Source: Chrysomallon squamiferum
Lineage: Eukaryota > Animalia > Mollusca
Direction: 5' to 3'
NCBI GenBank assembly: GCA_012295275.1
Contig: CM022676.1
Coordinates: 10,726,001 to 10,790,000, forward strand
DNA: 64,000 bases
In this document: in pieces, positions 39,801-54,687 of the stretch
How positions within the stretch are numbered: the stretch's first letter is position 1
Layout: every line of letters starts with the position of its first letter
Notes under the pieces: generated by a model
The model's input: only the letters and a program-made list of their open reading frames with translations
What the model was told of the DNA's origin: nothing
Database searches by the model: none
Program-made: the position numbers and the translations under genes

Positions 39801-41710
39801 TGATTCATTTCATAGTGTGATACCACAGTGTCTGCTTTATGACTGGCTGGTGATATCTCCACTGGACAAAGCAGTGTGTCGTATTTATAGATGATGGCTG
39901 AGGGTTGAACATTTGTGCATCGTTTAAATGTCGAATGTTTGGTCAAAAGTAGTACTTTTGACGGTTTTGATGAGCAAGTCATGTTTTTGACGGTTACACA
40001 AAATACATAAAAATAATCATAAAAGAGAATAAAAACAAGAAAATTCCTCAGGCAGACTGGTTTGCATACTGTTGTGATTAATCAAGATAACACTTTACAG
40101 CGTATTTTTGTATGAATCGCCTCACTCTACATAAGTAAGTTCCAGCTTCCTTTTTAAAAGTTTATTTTCAAAACAGAAATGTTTGATTCATTTTTTTTTT
40201 CACACGGTGCAGTACATTAATTTCATAACTGACAGTTTTTGTAAATATCCAAATTTGACCAAAATTTTATAATATCCATTCTTCGACCAGCTTTTCAAGA
40301 ACAGTGCATTATAAATATCTATCTTCTGTTTTGTATAACTTTAAAGCCTTAGAACCACAATGTAAATTGTACATTTGCTTTGTTAATGGTACAGGGATAC
40401 GAACATAATTATGCATCTGATTGGTAAAGATTTTCACAAGGTAAATGGAATCTTTGCCTAAATATTTTGTAAAACTGACATTCAGAAAATAACATCTATA
40501 CTTATGTGTCACTTCATTGACTGGTGTTTCGTCCTACGACCCTATTACTGATATTAAGATTAACAATGGATATCATATTAATAATAAATCAACTAAAATA
40601 AAAATAATAAATTTAAAAAAAAAGTTAAAATCTGATGGTAAGAGAATTTCATGATAATCTACATGATAAGTTAGCCAAATTATAACGCAAAGTACAATAT
40701 TTTTTTATTTTTAATACTCTCTTTATTCAAACCATTATGAAACCATTCAGAAAATTCATTCAAAGAACTGTATTCCACATGAATTTCACAAAGTAAAAGG
40801 AATCTTATGAAGATAAAACTTTTATTTTGTCCAACTCACAAACTTGAAAGAATTATTTTTACCTATATGCCACTTGAACAATTCGTGTTTTGTTATACAA
40901 CCTTTTTTTACTAATATTAAGATTAACAACATATTTAATATTACTAATAAATAAAAATAAATAAATAAATAAAAAGGTTAAATCTCCATTTTCTTCAGTT
41001 TGGGAATAGATGCTTTATAATGGTAAAACTTCGTATTTATACATTTAAAATATTTCTATATTCAATGTTTCATTTTTCATTTTCAAGTTCCTCTAGAAAA
41101 AGTTTCTATAACAGTTGGCTCAAACCCCGTAATGGAAGGAATTCTTACACGGATGGTCTGTCAAACTAACCCTTGTTATCCAGAAGCTGTAATCACATGG
41201 ACTTTAAATGGTACAGAGATAACAGATGGCATTACCAGCTCCACTGAAACTATTCCAACCTCTGGTATTGTAATAAGAAGCAGTTTAGATAAAAAAATTA
41301 AAATGCAAGATAATAGGAAAAGTTTGGTTTGTTCAGCTACTAATGGTGATTATCACGTGTCATGTAACACCACCCTTAATATCCAAGGTAGGTTTCATTC
41401 ACATAAATGCACACTGATCTTATAGACCTTACACACAATGATCCCTCAAAGATTATTCCAGAATTTTACAATTAAGTAAAATGATTGTGTTCTCAATGTA
41501 AATTATATTGATTTATTGATTTATTTATTTACACGATCTAACCATATTTTCATAATCGACTGCCTAGACTAAAGCAAACTGAACACTGAATATTGCGTAA
41601 TCAAGAACATATTGCTTCTAAATTATCAGTTCAGTAAATGTGTAAGCTCATGCCAAACATGTTGGTCATTGTGTACTAGTTCGTAGAAAACAACTACTGT
41701 TATTATTATA

Positions 41711-41753
<43 letters not shown>

Positions 41754-42878
41754 CAGTCACTATTTTAGTAAAATTACTTTAAAAGTTCTTGTTAAAGTTA
41801 GCTTCATTTTTCATTGCTTTTACTATTTATGGACACCTTGCCCGCAGTATTTTCTTTATATACATTCAGATTATTTTTAAGTAAAGTAAAGTAAGTAAAT
41901 AAATAAATAAATAAATAAACAATCAAACAAACAAACAAACAAACAAATGAATGGTATAAAAACCATTCATTTTAATGATGTATACTGAGGATTTGCTCTC
42001 ATCCATATCCAGAAAATCTAACAAACAGATTCTGTCATCTTTTCATGTATCTCTGTTCAAAGTTTATTGTGTCTTTCGCATTTACACATTTTAAATCATA
42101 AAGTTATTTTTATTCCTTTTAACTTATCAGCTTTTGAAGATTAAAGGACAGTTAATCTTTTCAAACTGATATTTGTGTCAAAGCCACTTTGATGAATAAA
42201 CTGGAATTTTTTTTTTTTTAAAGCAGTATTACTACACAGTTAAATAAAAGAAAAAGATGTTTTTACTTGTTGCAGGTGCTGCAGGCAATATACACTTGAT
42301 CTGCTCAGCTTTTTCGCTGCGAGATAATTTCAACTTTGTTTATGTCGCAGTTTTGCTGTTTTTCATGTTAGATTTCTGTAACTAAATACAATACATTCAA
42401 TGCAGGAGAAAGATCTAGTCATAATTTTTTTTTTTTAAAAATACATTTTAGGTGAAATACAGACTAACGGTTACATAGCTTCTTCTATGTTTTATGTGAC
42501 AATCACGTAAGAGTCTGGAAATTGTTTTCTTTTTAATTAGTTATTTTATTGTTCAATGTAATATTAAACTTATCTTCCTCTCCTATCAGACTGTCTTCTT
42601 TCTAAAGGATTATGTATGTGTGTGAGTGAGTTATATGTATGTATGTATGTATGTGTGTATGTATGTATGTGGGTGTGTGTGTATGCAAAGGTATGCATAT
42701 ATTAGTGTATCTACTATCTATCTTACGTATCTATGTTTCTTTCTCTCTTTCTCAGTGCAACTCTTCCTTTGCTTCTGTGTTTCTATATATGAGGGTGTAT
42801 AATCATTATTTTTATTTCATCTTTATTTCATCTTTCTTCAGGTTTATCAACACTTTAGTCATCACTGGTTTGCTGTAG
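36838..42878 (+). CDS. Gene D1: signal peptide + V-like Ig + C2-like Ig + GPI-type tail, about 255 aa; V-exon acceptor mutated (possible pseudogene or altered splicing)
   Basis: Exons 36838-36904 (MKIMKLEIILIFVCTACPKSTL), 37685-37993, 41088-41387, 42452-42506 and 42842-42878 (...GEIQTNGYIASSMFYVTITFINTLVITGLL*). Exon sizes and phases mirror D2. Confidence 0.8.
37685..37993 (+). CDS. D1 exon: V-like Ig domain (4 Cys)
   Basis: 309 nt; LTLTC...IAW...SC...YTC...YNLTIRNI..ENGIEWKC; gtaagt donor; acceptor reads tttcat instead of tttcag. Confidence 0.8.
38965..39250 (-). mobile_element. Decayed transposase/integrase N-terminal fragment (KRBA2/SCAND3-like, Ginger2-type) in D1 intron 2
   Basis: Minus-strand pieces across stops and frameshifts: KIVSKIQEAANVSKT, FFKKCEVFQCCHSE, LIKRPEKTDVAPLYFLSPEETYDAVKCA. 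From memory these resemble the KKYEVLQCG..EKLIKR...PLYF...EETYDIIKRAH segment of that family. Not checked by database search. Confidence 0.5.
41088..41387 (+). CDS. D1 exon: C2/CD80-like Ig domain
   Basis: 300 nt, phase 1-1; VPLEKVSIT...MVCQTNPCYPEAVITWTLNG...DNRKSLVCSATN...TLNIQ. Confidence 0.85.
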
Positions 42879-42949
42879 ACATATACATTCCTCACAGATA
42901 GATAAACGCTCAGATATGAGATGTATAAAATATTGACAACAATCTAAAT

Positions 42950-42982
<33 letters not shown>

Positions 42983-45547
42983 ATAGTGTTTTTTTTCGGA
43001 TTTATTTATATATTTATTAAAATGATTATTTTTGTTGGTTTGTTTGTTTGTTGTTGTTTTTTTTTTTTGCTTTTTATCTTATGTTATCTCTGTTCCTGTT
43101 TCTAAAATCTAATTTCTAAGGAAAGAGATACTGAACTAATTGTATATAATATAAACTCTTTTAGCAGTATAATATTATGAATGTTCTCTGTAAGGAAAGA
43201 GTGAACTGGTATGTATATCTGTAAAATACTGGTAAGAATGATAAATCACAAGTAACTGCGTATTGAGAATGCTGGTACGTTTTCACTACATTTCACAGCA
43301 TCTCAGAAAAGAGACATTTTCAAAGAACATGCTAATAGTTTTTTAAGCTGCTTGTCTTGTACGAACATAATTAAAACTAAACATGTTTTGCAGCTTTTAT
43401 TAATTAATATTATTATGAAATTCGTTGCTGAGTGTGAAGTGCTTTAATGTGACTTTAATTATCTATATTTAAATAGTTTCACATTTCAGCTATTATATTA
43501 ACTCTTTTTTCTCCTTCTTTCTAATATTTTAACTGAGTATTTTCTCTAGTTCAATTGTATTATGTTTAATGGTATATATTATTTTGAAAATGCTAATAAA
43601 CGTATGTAAATTTTGGTAACAAATTTGAAATAAGGTTATAAAATTACTGAAATTCTTTGTTAAGTGCGAAATGTTTAAATTTCCATGATCCATGTACACG
43701 TTTTAAACATAGTTTCACATTTCATCTTTGATGTTACATCTCTCATTTATTTTTTTTCTATTATTTTAATTGACTCTTTTTTCATTTTTATGTTTAAATT
43801 TATCACATTGTATAATGCTCTATATTTGACATTAAACAAATACCTCTTAGCTTTCATTAACAAACTAAATTAACTGTGTTTGTTTTTGTTCCATTAACCA
43901 TCATAATTTCACGGTTTTTTCTGCACTGACAGACATATATACAGATGAATTACCACTGAAATTTCTCGCTTTGAAAAAAAAAAAAAAAAAAAAAAATAAA
44001 AATAATAAAAAATAATAATAAAAAAAAAAAATAATAAGAATAAAACATAAATAAAATACAAAAATAAAATAAAATAAAATAAATTACATCAAAACAATAA
44101 AAGGATGTCATATTTATGACGTTAAACTGAAAAAATAACAAAGTAATGCCAGTTTTATGCATCGAAAAATTCGCATATTTTTCATCAAAAAGCAAAATAA
44201 ACACGATTTCAGGTTCATTGCATGAAAATAAAATTCTACATTAATTTACAGCTAATTAATTACACACGGATGTCATAATAAACATTTAAAATACTGAAGT
44301 AGCATACAAATAAATACACAAACTACGTGCGTGTAAGAGGTGATAATAGTTTGTTTACCAATTCATATACACAATTTAGGTATTTGCTGAAGCTAGAAAT
44401 ACTGTTGCCGCTCGACTTAATTATTTTCATAATATTTTACACAAATAAAGGTAAGTAATGATCTACATTTAACACAAGTCCTATAAGGAAAACTATTCAT
44501 CTTTTGTCTTATGCCTGGATGATTGTGTGAAAGCATTTCTAATCTGAAAATTATAAGTACTTCTATAACAACAAAACGCAAACGTTTCTTGTGTTATTTT
44601 AGTTAGGAAATAAAATAAAATTGTAAGTGGTTTATTTATGAAATAACTAAGTACATATAAACGTAAAAGAAATATTTGGTTCAATATCGGGTAGTTCAAT
44701 ATAAAAAAAAATATAAACAAAATAAATAAATACACAAAATAATAATAATAATAATAAATAAAGAAAGAAATAAAGAAATAAATAAAGTATATCAAGGACA
44801 ATTTCTTTTGTTTTAGTAAAATTTCAAATATAGAACCTGATTCCCTACAAAGCAATTAGACTCGTCCACGACGTCTTCCGGTATCAAACGTAGCCTTGAA
44901 GTTTTGCTTATTATGGTAAGATAGAAAATAATTTGTTGAGTTAGTTTATTTATTTATTTATTTATTTATTTATTTTAAACATGGATTTTAAACATGTGAT
45001 TTTTAAATAAGTGTTCGAAATGGACTACAGGGACATGAGCAAAGATGATTCTCTGTCGTTCGTTACTAATATTTATTAAAAAAAACGGAAAAAAAAGAAA
45101 AAAAAAAAAGAACAAAACCCTCCCCCCAAAAAAACCCCCAGTATAATGACAGGAAAGATTTCGAATAACTCCCCCTTAAGCTTCTAAAGAGGAAGTTGAC
45201 GCGATTGTATAAGAAAGTGGTGCTTGCCTTATGAAAGAAAGATGTATATGTATATGTGTGGTCTAGATGTTTATGTCAACTCTCGTAATTATTATTTGTA
45301 TTAGATTCAGTTTGTGTTACTGTTACTGCCAACACAATGACGTCATATTAGATTTGTAAGTATGCCAGAATGACGTCAGAAATCATTAAGTAACACTTAC
45401 GTAATGAAGTTTGCACTTTGTTGAGGTATTTAAAAAAAAAAAAACCAGATGATCTGTTTCCAAACAGTGATAGAACTGTAGGTATAATGCTTGATTAATG
45501 TGAAATGTCATGCAGTTGCTATGCGCGACCATACCGTCTTTAATTTC

Positions 45548-45579
<32 letters not shown>

Positions 45580-45702
45580 TTGAACGGAGAATTTATAGTA
45601 GGTACAAAATTGTAATTTCCGCCACTAGGGCCTATCCTTGTTCCAGTGTTGTTTGTCCGTTTCTAAATTTCGAGTTACTTAATTATATCATCAAAATTTA
45701 AA

Positions 45703-45803
<101 letters not shown>

Positions 45804-47587
45804 CAAATGAGCGATCGCGCGTTTTCTTATATTTTGATACATTTATCGATTATTTTCACTCTGTTACAATGTTTTCATTCTTAGATAGTTATGATTACTT
45901 TAACTGCATATCTACTAGAAAATAGACATACTTTTCTCTACACATTTGTATTAAAATGAAAACCAGATTTTTAAACACTGCTGAAACAGTGATTAAGTAT
46001 AAAACTTCACTTTCATACCAGTTTTCTTTTTTAAAAAACAAATATACTGGCCCAGTTTACTAGACATTTTCATTAACAAGGAATTATTGTGATGTACATT
46101 TTTTTTTTTTTTTTTTTTTTTTTTGGTTAATAATACAGGATAAAAATGGTTGATTTCAGTGGTCTAACAATCAAAGGTTTCATCCTATGTCAGTTCACCC
46201 AATGATTGTTTTTTTGTTAGTGGAAACCACTGAAGTTAAGTTTACGATACAAAAGGAAGAAATCTCCAAATTTGGAATAATTTACATATTAATGAGCGAC
46301 AGCTGTGACATGATTTGTACATTAAAAAAAAATGGTTATGTGAGTTTGACAAACAAAAGTTGCACTGTTATAACTTCAGTTTTGAATCTAAAGAACAATT
46401 ATGTTAGATCACTAGGTAATTTTGCACTGATATGAAAGAAAATAGGTAAATAACACAGCTGACCGAAATATAATAATTTAAACAGTGATTATTCAATAAC
46501 TCCATGGTGGATACAACATTTGTTTCAGTAAGCACATAAAAAAGGTGATATCCTATTAACAGAGATGCCATGCAGTGGTTGTTGCTGTTGGTGACAACAC
46601 AAGTTATTGATTTCAAAAATACAAAAGAAGAACAACCATTTTTGTTTTTTTGGTGTCAGAGGACATTTGATGAAAGGACACATTTTTTTTTTTTTTTACT
46701 TTCTTAAGTGTGAAAAATCAACTTATATCTGTTAAAAAAAGGTATTCAGTGTTATTTAAAGTTCTTGTGTGTTTATTGTAGATATTAGTTGATTCCATAG
46801 CGCTCATCAAGAAAAGTCTCTGTTGTTTCATAAAAAGGTTACGCTTAAGGACCAATAAAATAGTATTTTGCTTAAATTGGTACTTTTAGAACTTTATAAT
46901 GGTTTACTTTTTCTCAGAAATGTAAACCGTTCTAGAAACTAGACATTAACAGTTTTCTAATCATACCACAAAATATTATGTAATCCAAAACTGGAATTTG
47001 TTTCCTGAATGTTGCTTTTTACTTGATCTTGCTCAAAAGTAAATGTCATGTAAGTGCCTTTTGCCATTTCTTACTAAAATTAGTTAAATATTAACATAAT
47101 TCAAGATAAAAAAATGTATGCACAAGGAACAAGGGTGTGAAGATTTTTGTGTCTGTGGTAAAGATTTGATTCATTGTTGATTTTTGATTAAACATAATGA
47201 AGAAAAAAATGTCAGGTGTATAATAATTTTATCATATTTTTTTACAGTTTAATTTTTAATTTATTACTTTTATTTTCATTGTAGTCAACAAATAACATGA
47301 AATGCTTTTCTAATGTGCTGACTCAGATTATGATAAAATTTTGGAAACTAAAGGTTGGACGATTTGAACCAAAAATGTCGTAATTTTGAAGGTCCAAAAC
47401 AAACTTGTAAAACAATTTTTAACAGAATCTGAATCATTCAGGTTAAAACCAGAATATGATTTTGAATATGACATATTCAAAAATATATCTGTTGTAAATT
47501 AAATCAGGTTGCATATTCAGAATATGATTATTTTTTGCTACAAATATTGCATTTCATTTGTTGTTTTTTCCTTCTCTTTTACAGATT

Positions 47588-50500
47588 ATGAAGATTAACA
47601 AATTTATAATAATTCTTATTTTTGTCTGCATTGCATTTTCTAGAAGTATTTTAGGTGAGTTAAATCCTTTTTCAATTTATTTATTTATTTTTTTCCTTAC
47701 TTTTTAAGTCAGAATATAAACCTGTATATATATTAAATAATGAGGATTATTACTTGCATTACACTTTTTCACAGAAATATAATCTGACATACTTGTAAAT
47801 TTTAGTTCAGTGAATGCTGGTTGTATTTATTTTAAAAAAAATTATATTTGGTTTTCATCTATGTTAAAATTTTAATTGAAATATAGACAATTGTGTTCTC
47901 ATAAACTGTGGCATTAATCAAACAGAAAATGAATTGAGGACAAACTGTTGTTTTTATTTATTTTTGACTGGTGTATATCAACTATCTGTTATGAATTTTG
48001 TAGGAAACAGTACTTGGTTACTGCTACTACAAGTGTGTCATAAGACTCCATGCCCAGATGTTAGAATCTTAGGCTGTTACTTAGTAGTTGTGTCTAGGTC
48101 ATAAGCACTTAGTCCATAACCATGGTTTATTATTAATACTATTATAATTTTTATTTTATTTTTATGTTTCTTTATAGGAAAAGGGGAAAAAAGAAATAAG
48201 AAATCAGTTTTATTTATGATTGTATTTAAACTGAAATAAAAATGCTAGAAAACATAACAAATTGTAAATACACATACAAACATTCACACTTACAACTATT
48301 ATTTCAGGTCAGTATGTCATTACAAAATCTAAAGACACAGTTCTAAATGGATCATCATTAACAATTACATGTAATACGAGCAGAAAGGTAGGTGGAATAG
48401 CTTGGACACGGGGTGATAATAGCTTCCTTGTTTCACAAGGATCAGGTACAAGTTGTACTGGACATATGCCACCACAATACGACTTCACATGTTCCCAAGG
48501 GATTTTATACAACTTAACAATACCCAGTATTACGTTCATTGAAAATGGAATAGATTGGAGATGTCAGGGTGAATTTGGAGGAGATGACAGTAATACCATC
48601 ATTGTAAATGTTACTGGTAAGTTTTGATAATTGTAGTTGTTTGTATGAGGTTGATAGTTTTATCTCATCCAAAAGAATTATAAAAATTATTTCATACATT
48701 TTAGCAGATATCTTAACGTGTAATAAAGGAAAGAGAATATTTTCTAGAAAGCATTTATATTTTTGTTCTTTATGGGTGTCTGTTCAGTAAGGAAGAAATT
48801 TAACACATTGCTAGTTTACATCAAATTAATTTAATTCCTCAGATTTTCTGATATAATTTTTGATATTTTCTGGAATTACAATACACACTTCCTTTAACAT
48901 ACAGTTAACCTTAGTTAACTCAAGTGTTTATTTGTTGATAACCTCATTCTCTCAAGATGAAGCTCTGGTCCTGTTTAAGTTAGTCATAATTGGTAATAAT
49001 AACCTTTGAATAATCAAACATCCAAATAATCAAAAACCTCTATTTATTCAAAGTTGTTTATGGTCACAAACAGCTGATTTAATAGTGTTAATTAATGTTT
49101 GAAATGTTAGTCTATTGTTTCACTTGTTAAATATGGAACAATAGATCATTGATTAAGTGAAATAAAATATGCCCCCTCCATTTCTGTTTTTTACAGTATC
49201 TTTACATAATTGCATAAAGTTCACTGATAGATGTTAGCTTTTGCTGTTTAAATGCCAGTTAATGTTTAACATCTGTTGAATTGTGAAAAATCGCATCTTT
49301 GTAAAGAGGGTCCCTTTTCTGCTTTACGAGCCCTGTCTAATGTTTTCCAATACACGTCCTTCGGTTTCAGGTGCCAGTGTTCTGACTGTTGTTCTTTGGC
49401 TGTTGGATTCTCAAAGGCTTGGTATAACACTTTGTATATAAGTACTGATTCATTTCATATTGGGATATCACACCACCGATGTTATGGTTAATTGGTGACA
49501 TCTTCAGTTGAGAAACCAACGTGTCACATTTATCAGTGATGATCTGGCCCTCATAGGCCAGACATTTATGTGCACATTTTCACATTTCAGGTGTCAATTT
49601 TTTTTTGTCAAACAGAATACTTTTGGTGGTTCTGATGAGCAAGTCATGATTTTGACAGATATACAAGATAAATAAAGATAATCATAAAAGAGAAAAAAAA
49701 AAAAAAACAACAAGAAAATTCTGAGTAGGGTGAATGTACTTTAGAGGATGGACAGTCAAACTTCTCTTTTGTTGTTTCTAATATATTGCATAATGGATTG
49801 TTATCACTGTAGGAGATCCTTTAATCCTTATCATATTCTTTTAAGAGAAAAAATATTATAGATATATATAGATATATGTCGGTATGTTAAGAAAACATTC
49901 AGCTCTAGGACACCAGTAAATGACATGTTTTATTGGATTGAGCCTTAAGAAAGAAACAAAATAAGACCAACATTTTTGAAATTCCTTGAAAATTGAAGGA
50001 GTTGAGGCAATTTCAAATGCTGGAAAATGTACCAATTTTTTTCTTTTTGTTTTATTATGTCATTTGGCCAAATACTATGATCCTGAATAAAAAATTAACA
50101 TGATAAAAATGCCTATATCACCTGAAATAGTGGAAAGTGCATAATTGTAAATATCTGTCTTCTGTTTTGCATAACATTAAGACTTTTGAACTACAATGTA
50201 TATACTAACTTAATTATACATCTGATGATAAACATTTTTCACAAAGTGACTGAAATCTTACAGTAATGAACTTTACCTAAATATTCAAAGAAGTGATTGA
50301 TTTCCACATAAATTTCACAAAGTATGTGAAACCTTACAGTAATAAACTTAATATTTTGTGACACTCACAGTTTGAAAATAATTATTTTTACATAGGCGCC
50401 ACTTCAGCAATTGTTGTTTTGTTACACAACCCTATTACTAATATTGAGATTAACACAGTATTTCATATTACTAATAAATAAAATACAATGAAATAAATAT

Positions 50501-51866
50501 AAATAATAATAATCTTCTTTCTTTTTTTCGATCTATGTTTCTTTCCATTTGGAAGTAAATGTTTTACAATGGTAAAAATTAGTACTTATTAATTTTCAAG
50601 ATTTCAATCTTTATTGTTTTATTTTTCATTTTCAAGTTCCTTTGCAGAAAGTCTCTATAACAACTGGGTCAACTCCAGTAAAGCCAGGAATTCTTACACA
50701 GATGAACTGTTCAACCAACCCTTGTTATCCAGAAGCTGTAATCACATGGACTTTAGATGGTACAGAGATAACAGACGGCATTACCAGCTCCACTGAGACA
50801 ATTGCTGACTCTGGTATTGTAACAAGGAGCAGTTTCAATAAAAAGTATAGTATAGAAGATAATGGGAAAAGTTTGGTTTGTTCAGCTGCTAATGGTGCAT
50901 ATGATGTGTCATCTAACATCACCCTTATTGTCCGAGGTAGGTTTCCTTCACGTTAACGCATACTTATCTTACAGACCTTACATACAAGGAACTTTGAAAG
51001 TTTATTTCAGAATTTTCTAGTTAGTTGTCACTGTTAGATATTATGAATCTTTATTATTTATTTATTTTTTATTTTTTTTATTTACTATTATTGCTTTTAT
51101 CGTCTGCTTCTACATGTGTCTTAATTAAATATTACTTAACCATATTTTCAACTTGTATTTAAAATATTATGCTATCCTAAATTTAATACTGTGCAAACAT
51201 TCATAATTGATGATTAATATTTTATTACCTACATCGATAATGTGCAAATAAACCTCAAGAGTGGGACACCCATTTTTCGTAAGGTTCAAAATTTAGCAAA
51301 TTTGCCAAAATTATGACTAGAAATGGCGAGACAGGACGTCAGAAAAATACTGAAACAGAAACAAACGAGTCAAGGTGAAGTTTTGCAGAAATTGATACTT
51401 TTATGATGTCGGTACTGACACCAACATCAATATTTAATCACACTATACTGACAGTAAGTCTCACAGAGTGTTCATTACAAATTTGTTGTGAATAATTTTG
51501 AGTCATCGAAGCATTAAGCAGACCCAAAGAAGTCAAAAGATCAGCTGTATAAATTACTAATATTCAGGTGGGGTTTTTTTTATTTTTTTTGTGATTTTTA
51601 GTTTTATCTTAATTTTTTTTAACCAGTCATTAAGAATTAAAACAAAAATAAAAAAAATAAATAAAAAATTATGACACACCATTTCCTTTCTGTCGCGATA
51701 ATGTGACAGAATCTGTTCCTTATTAGTGTCATTTCAGCCTGAAATCTGTTTGTTCTGTTGACTTATCACAACAATAATATGCAGTTTTATATACGATATA
51801 TATTTCCTGAAAAGCAAAATTATCTTTAATTTGCTTATTCCTCTCCTTCATTTAAATGAAGATGGT

Positions 51867-51914
<48 letters not shown>

Positions 51915-52774
51915 GAAGAAAAGAATAAAATGATGACTATTTACTTTAATCAATATTCATAAAATCTAGCAAACTGTTTGTGTTATCTTTTCATGTAGAT
52001 ATTATCTCTATACAAAGTTTATTTTGTCTTTCTCATTTACACCTTTTCAATCATAAAGATATTTTTATTCCTTTTTCTTATCAGCTTTTGTAGGACAAAA
52101 AAATCTTTTCAATCGAATTGTGTGATTTATTTGATTAATTAATGCCGGTATTTGTCTCAAATTGACTCTCACTCGGGAAACTGAAAACCGTTTAGCGCAG
52201 TATTACTCCACGATTAAATAAGATGAAATATGTTTTTACTTGTTCCAGGTGCTGAGATATATATATATATTTTTTCATTTGTCTTTGTTTATGGTGCAGT
52301 TTTATATAATACATTCAATATTTTAGATCAAATAAACGGAAGTGGTTCTGTATCTTCTATATTTTATGTAATAATCACGTAAGTAATCTTTTGACTGTTT
52401 TCTTCTTATTAGTTATGTTATTACTGAATATAATATTCATTGTATCAGTTTTTCTCTCACTTTATCTAACTATATGTATCGATCGGTCCATAGTTATGAC
52501 ATCTTTCTCATGTCTGTGGGTTCCTGTGATTCTATTTATCTACTTTTCTCTCTCAGACTGTCTTCTTTCTAAGCGATTATGAGTGTCTATATGTATCAGT
52601 GTATATATACTACTATGTCTTTTCGTAAATTGTCCATGCTATCTTTCTCTGTGTATTACTCTCCAGTCTGTATATACGTGTATGTAATAATTCTTCGTTT
52701 ATGATTTTCTTTTCGTATTTATTTGCTCTTTCTTCAGGTTTATCAACACTTCAGTCATCACTGGCTTGTTGTAG
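47588..52774 (+). CDS. Gene D2: intact signal peptide + V-like Ig + C2-like Ig + GPI-type tail, 254 aa
   Basis: Exons 47588-47654 (MKINKFIIILIFVCIAFSRSIL), 48308-48616, 50637-50936, 52327-52378 and 52738-52774 (...DQINGSGSVSSIFYVIITFINTSVITGLL*). All splice sites are canonical and the joined 765-nt frame is open. Confidence 0.88.
48308..48616 (+). CDS. D2 exon: V-like Ig domain (4 Cys); not in the ORF track
   Basis: 309 nt, tttcag/gtaagt; GQYVITKSKDTVLNGSSLTITCNTSRKVGGIAWTRGDNSFLVSQGSGTSCTGHMPPQYDFTCSQGILYNLTIPSITFIENGIDWRCQGEFGGDDSNTIIVNVT. Confidence 0.88.
50637..50936 (+). CDS. D2 exon: C2/CD80-like Ig domain
   Basis: 300 nt, phase 1-1; 73 of 100 residues identical to the D1 C2 exon by manual alignment. 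Confidence 0.88.
51211..51437. mobile_element. About 228-nt dispersed element, copy 2 (intron of D2)
   Basis: Reverse complement of 33894-34121 with very few differences; ends tgattaa...ttaatca; not seen in the equivalent D1 intron. Confidence 0.55.
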
Positions 52775-53772
52775 ATCTGCTTACTGCTCACAGATAGATA
52801 AAAACTGATTTATCAGATGCTCACCACAAACTGAATTAAATTCTTGTTTCTTTGTTTGGATATCATACTCATTAGTATTAGTATTGTTATTTATTAGTTA
52901 TATACATATGTATTAATATGAGTAATAGTTAAAGATTTTATTTCACTAGTTAAACATTCTTAAATGAAATGTATTACACAAACACACACATAGACAGACA
53001 GACAGATACACACCACGCATGAGGGGTTTCTACAAACTAGTTTCTAAGGCAACATAACAGTCTACTTAGATGGAGTTACTAATATGATACTATTTTGTGA
53101 AAGTTATTTTTACAATAATTGTATAAATTGTTTTGGCAGTGATAGAAAGTTTGTTATGCAAATTATAATTATTATTAACGTAATATTTATGAATGCTCTC
53201 TTTATCGTTTGTAAGGAAAGAGTGAACTGGTATGTATATCTGTAAAATACTGCTTAGAATGATAAATCACAAGTAACTGCGTACTGAGAATGCTGGTACG
53301 TTTTCACTACATTTCACAGCATCTCAGAAAAGAGACATTTTTAAAGAACATGCTAATAGTTTTTGAAGTTTTTTGTCTTGTATGAACACAATTTAAATAG
53401 TTTCACCGATCAGCTATGATATTAACTCTTTTTTCACGTTGTTTCTATTATTTTAACTGAATACTTTCTCTGCTTCAATTGTAATGTGTTTAATGGTATG
53501 CATTCTCTTGAAAATGCTAATAAACGTATGTTCCTTTTTGAAATAATTTTGAAATAACGTTATAAAATTATTGTAATTCATTGTTAAGTGCGAAATATTT
53601 TAATTTACATGACCCATGTACACATTTTAATGATAAATAGTTTCACATTTCATTTTTTCTTATTTTTGTGATTAAATTCGTTACATTTTATAATGCTTTG
53701 TATTTATTTTGAAAAGTTATTAAAATTTTGATTTCGTTAGACTTACATTTATTTTAGAAATACATTTGACAG

Positions 53773-53859
<87 letters not shown>

Positions 53860-54597
53860 TGTCCATATTACAGTTTGTTATTTTGTTATGCAATTCACGT
53901 TTTTTTTCGTCTACCTTATGTAAATAAATAAATAAATAAATAAATACTCTAAAATAAAAAATAATTATAATAATAATAATAAAAACGAACATTTTAGGAT
54001 ACATGTTAATACTATTCGTGTAAAAAATTAAATTCAATTTTTAATTATCTTATTTTTATATAGTCTCTATCTGGTATCAGTTGATTAGTCTTTGAGTACG
54101 CTGACGGGTTATATTGATTCTACTTATGAAATCATCTGCTCATTCTGATTTTGTGAATTATAGTCCTTGACCTTTGTGCTCTGAGTTTGTTTTGAAAAGT
54201 TATTAAAATGTTCTGATTTGTTAGCCTTACATTTGTTATTTTAGAAATACATTTGACTATAAACTTCTCAAATAAGCACAGCTGTTGATGCTTACTGTTG
54301 TTTTTATTGTTCCGTGCTTTGAAAATTGCGATTGTATTATTGCGTTCACGCTTTATGATTATGAGTTTGCATCTAGTTTGTCCATAAAATAATTATATTG
54401 TCGTGTACTTGCTTATGGCCATGCATTAAGGCATTAATATAATGTAAACTGGCTAATACATACATATAGACATATATAATCACTTGGGAAAAAGCTACAA
54501 AAGTAGACTAGTGAGACATTCGAGATCGGTGGAAACTACCAAGGAGACAGTAGGTGTCGTAGTCTCGTTTCTTTATCACTGTCAATAAATTAACTCA

Positions 54598-54680
<83 letters not shown>

Positions 54681-54687
54681 GTATTTT

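Noticed and set aside
53040-53053. X-box-like GTTTCTAAGGCAAC in the D2 3' region
   Set aside because: It is not conserved at the paralogous D1 position (tttctaaggaaag) and is not in a promoter-like context.
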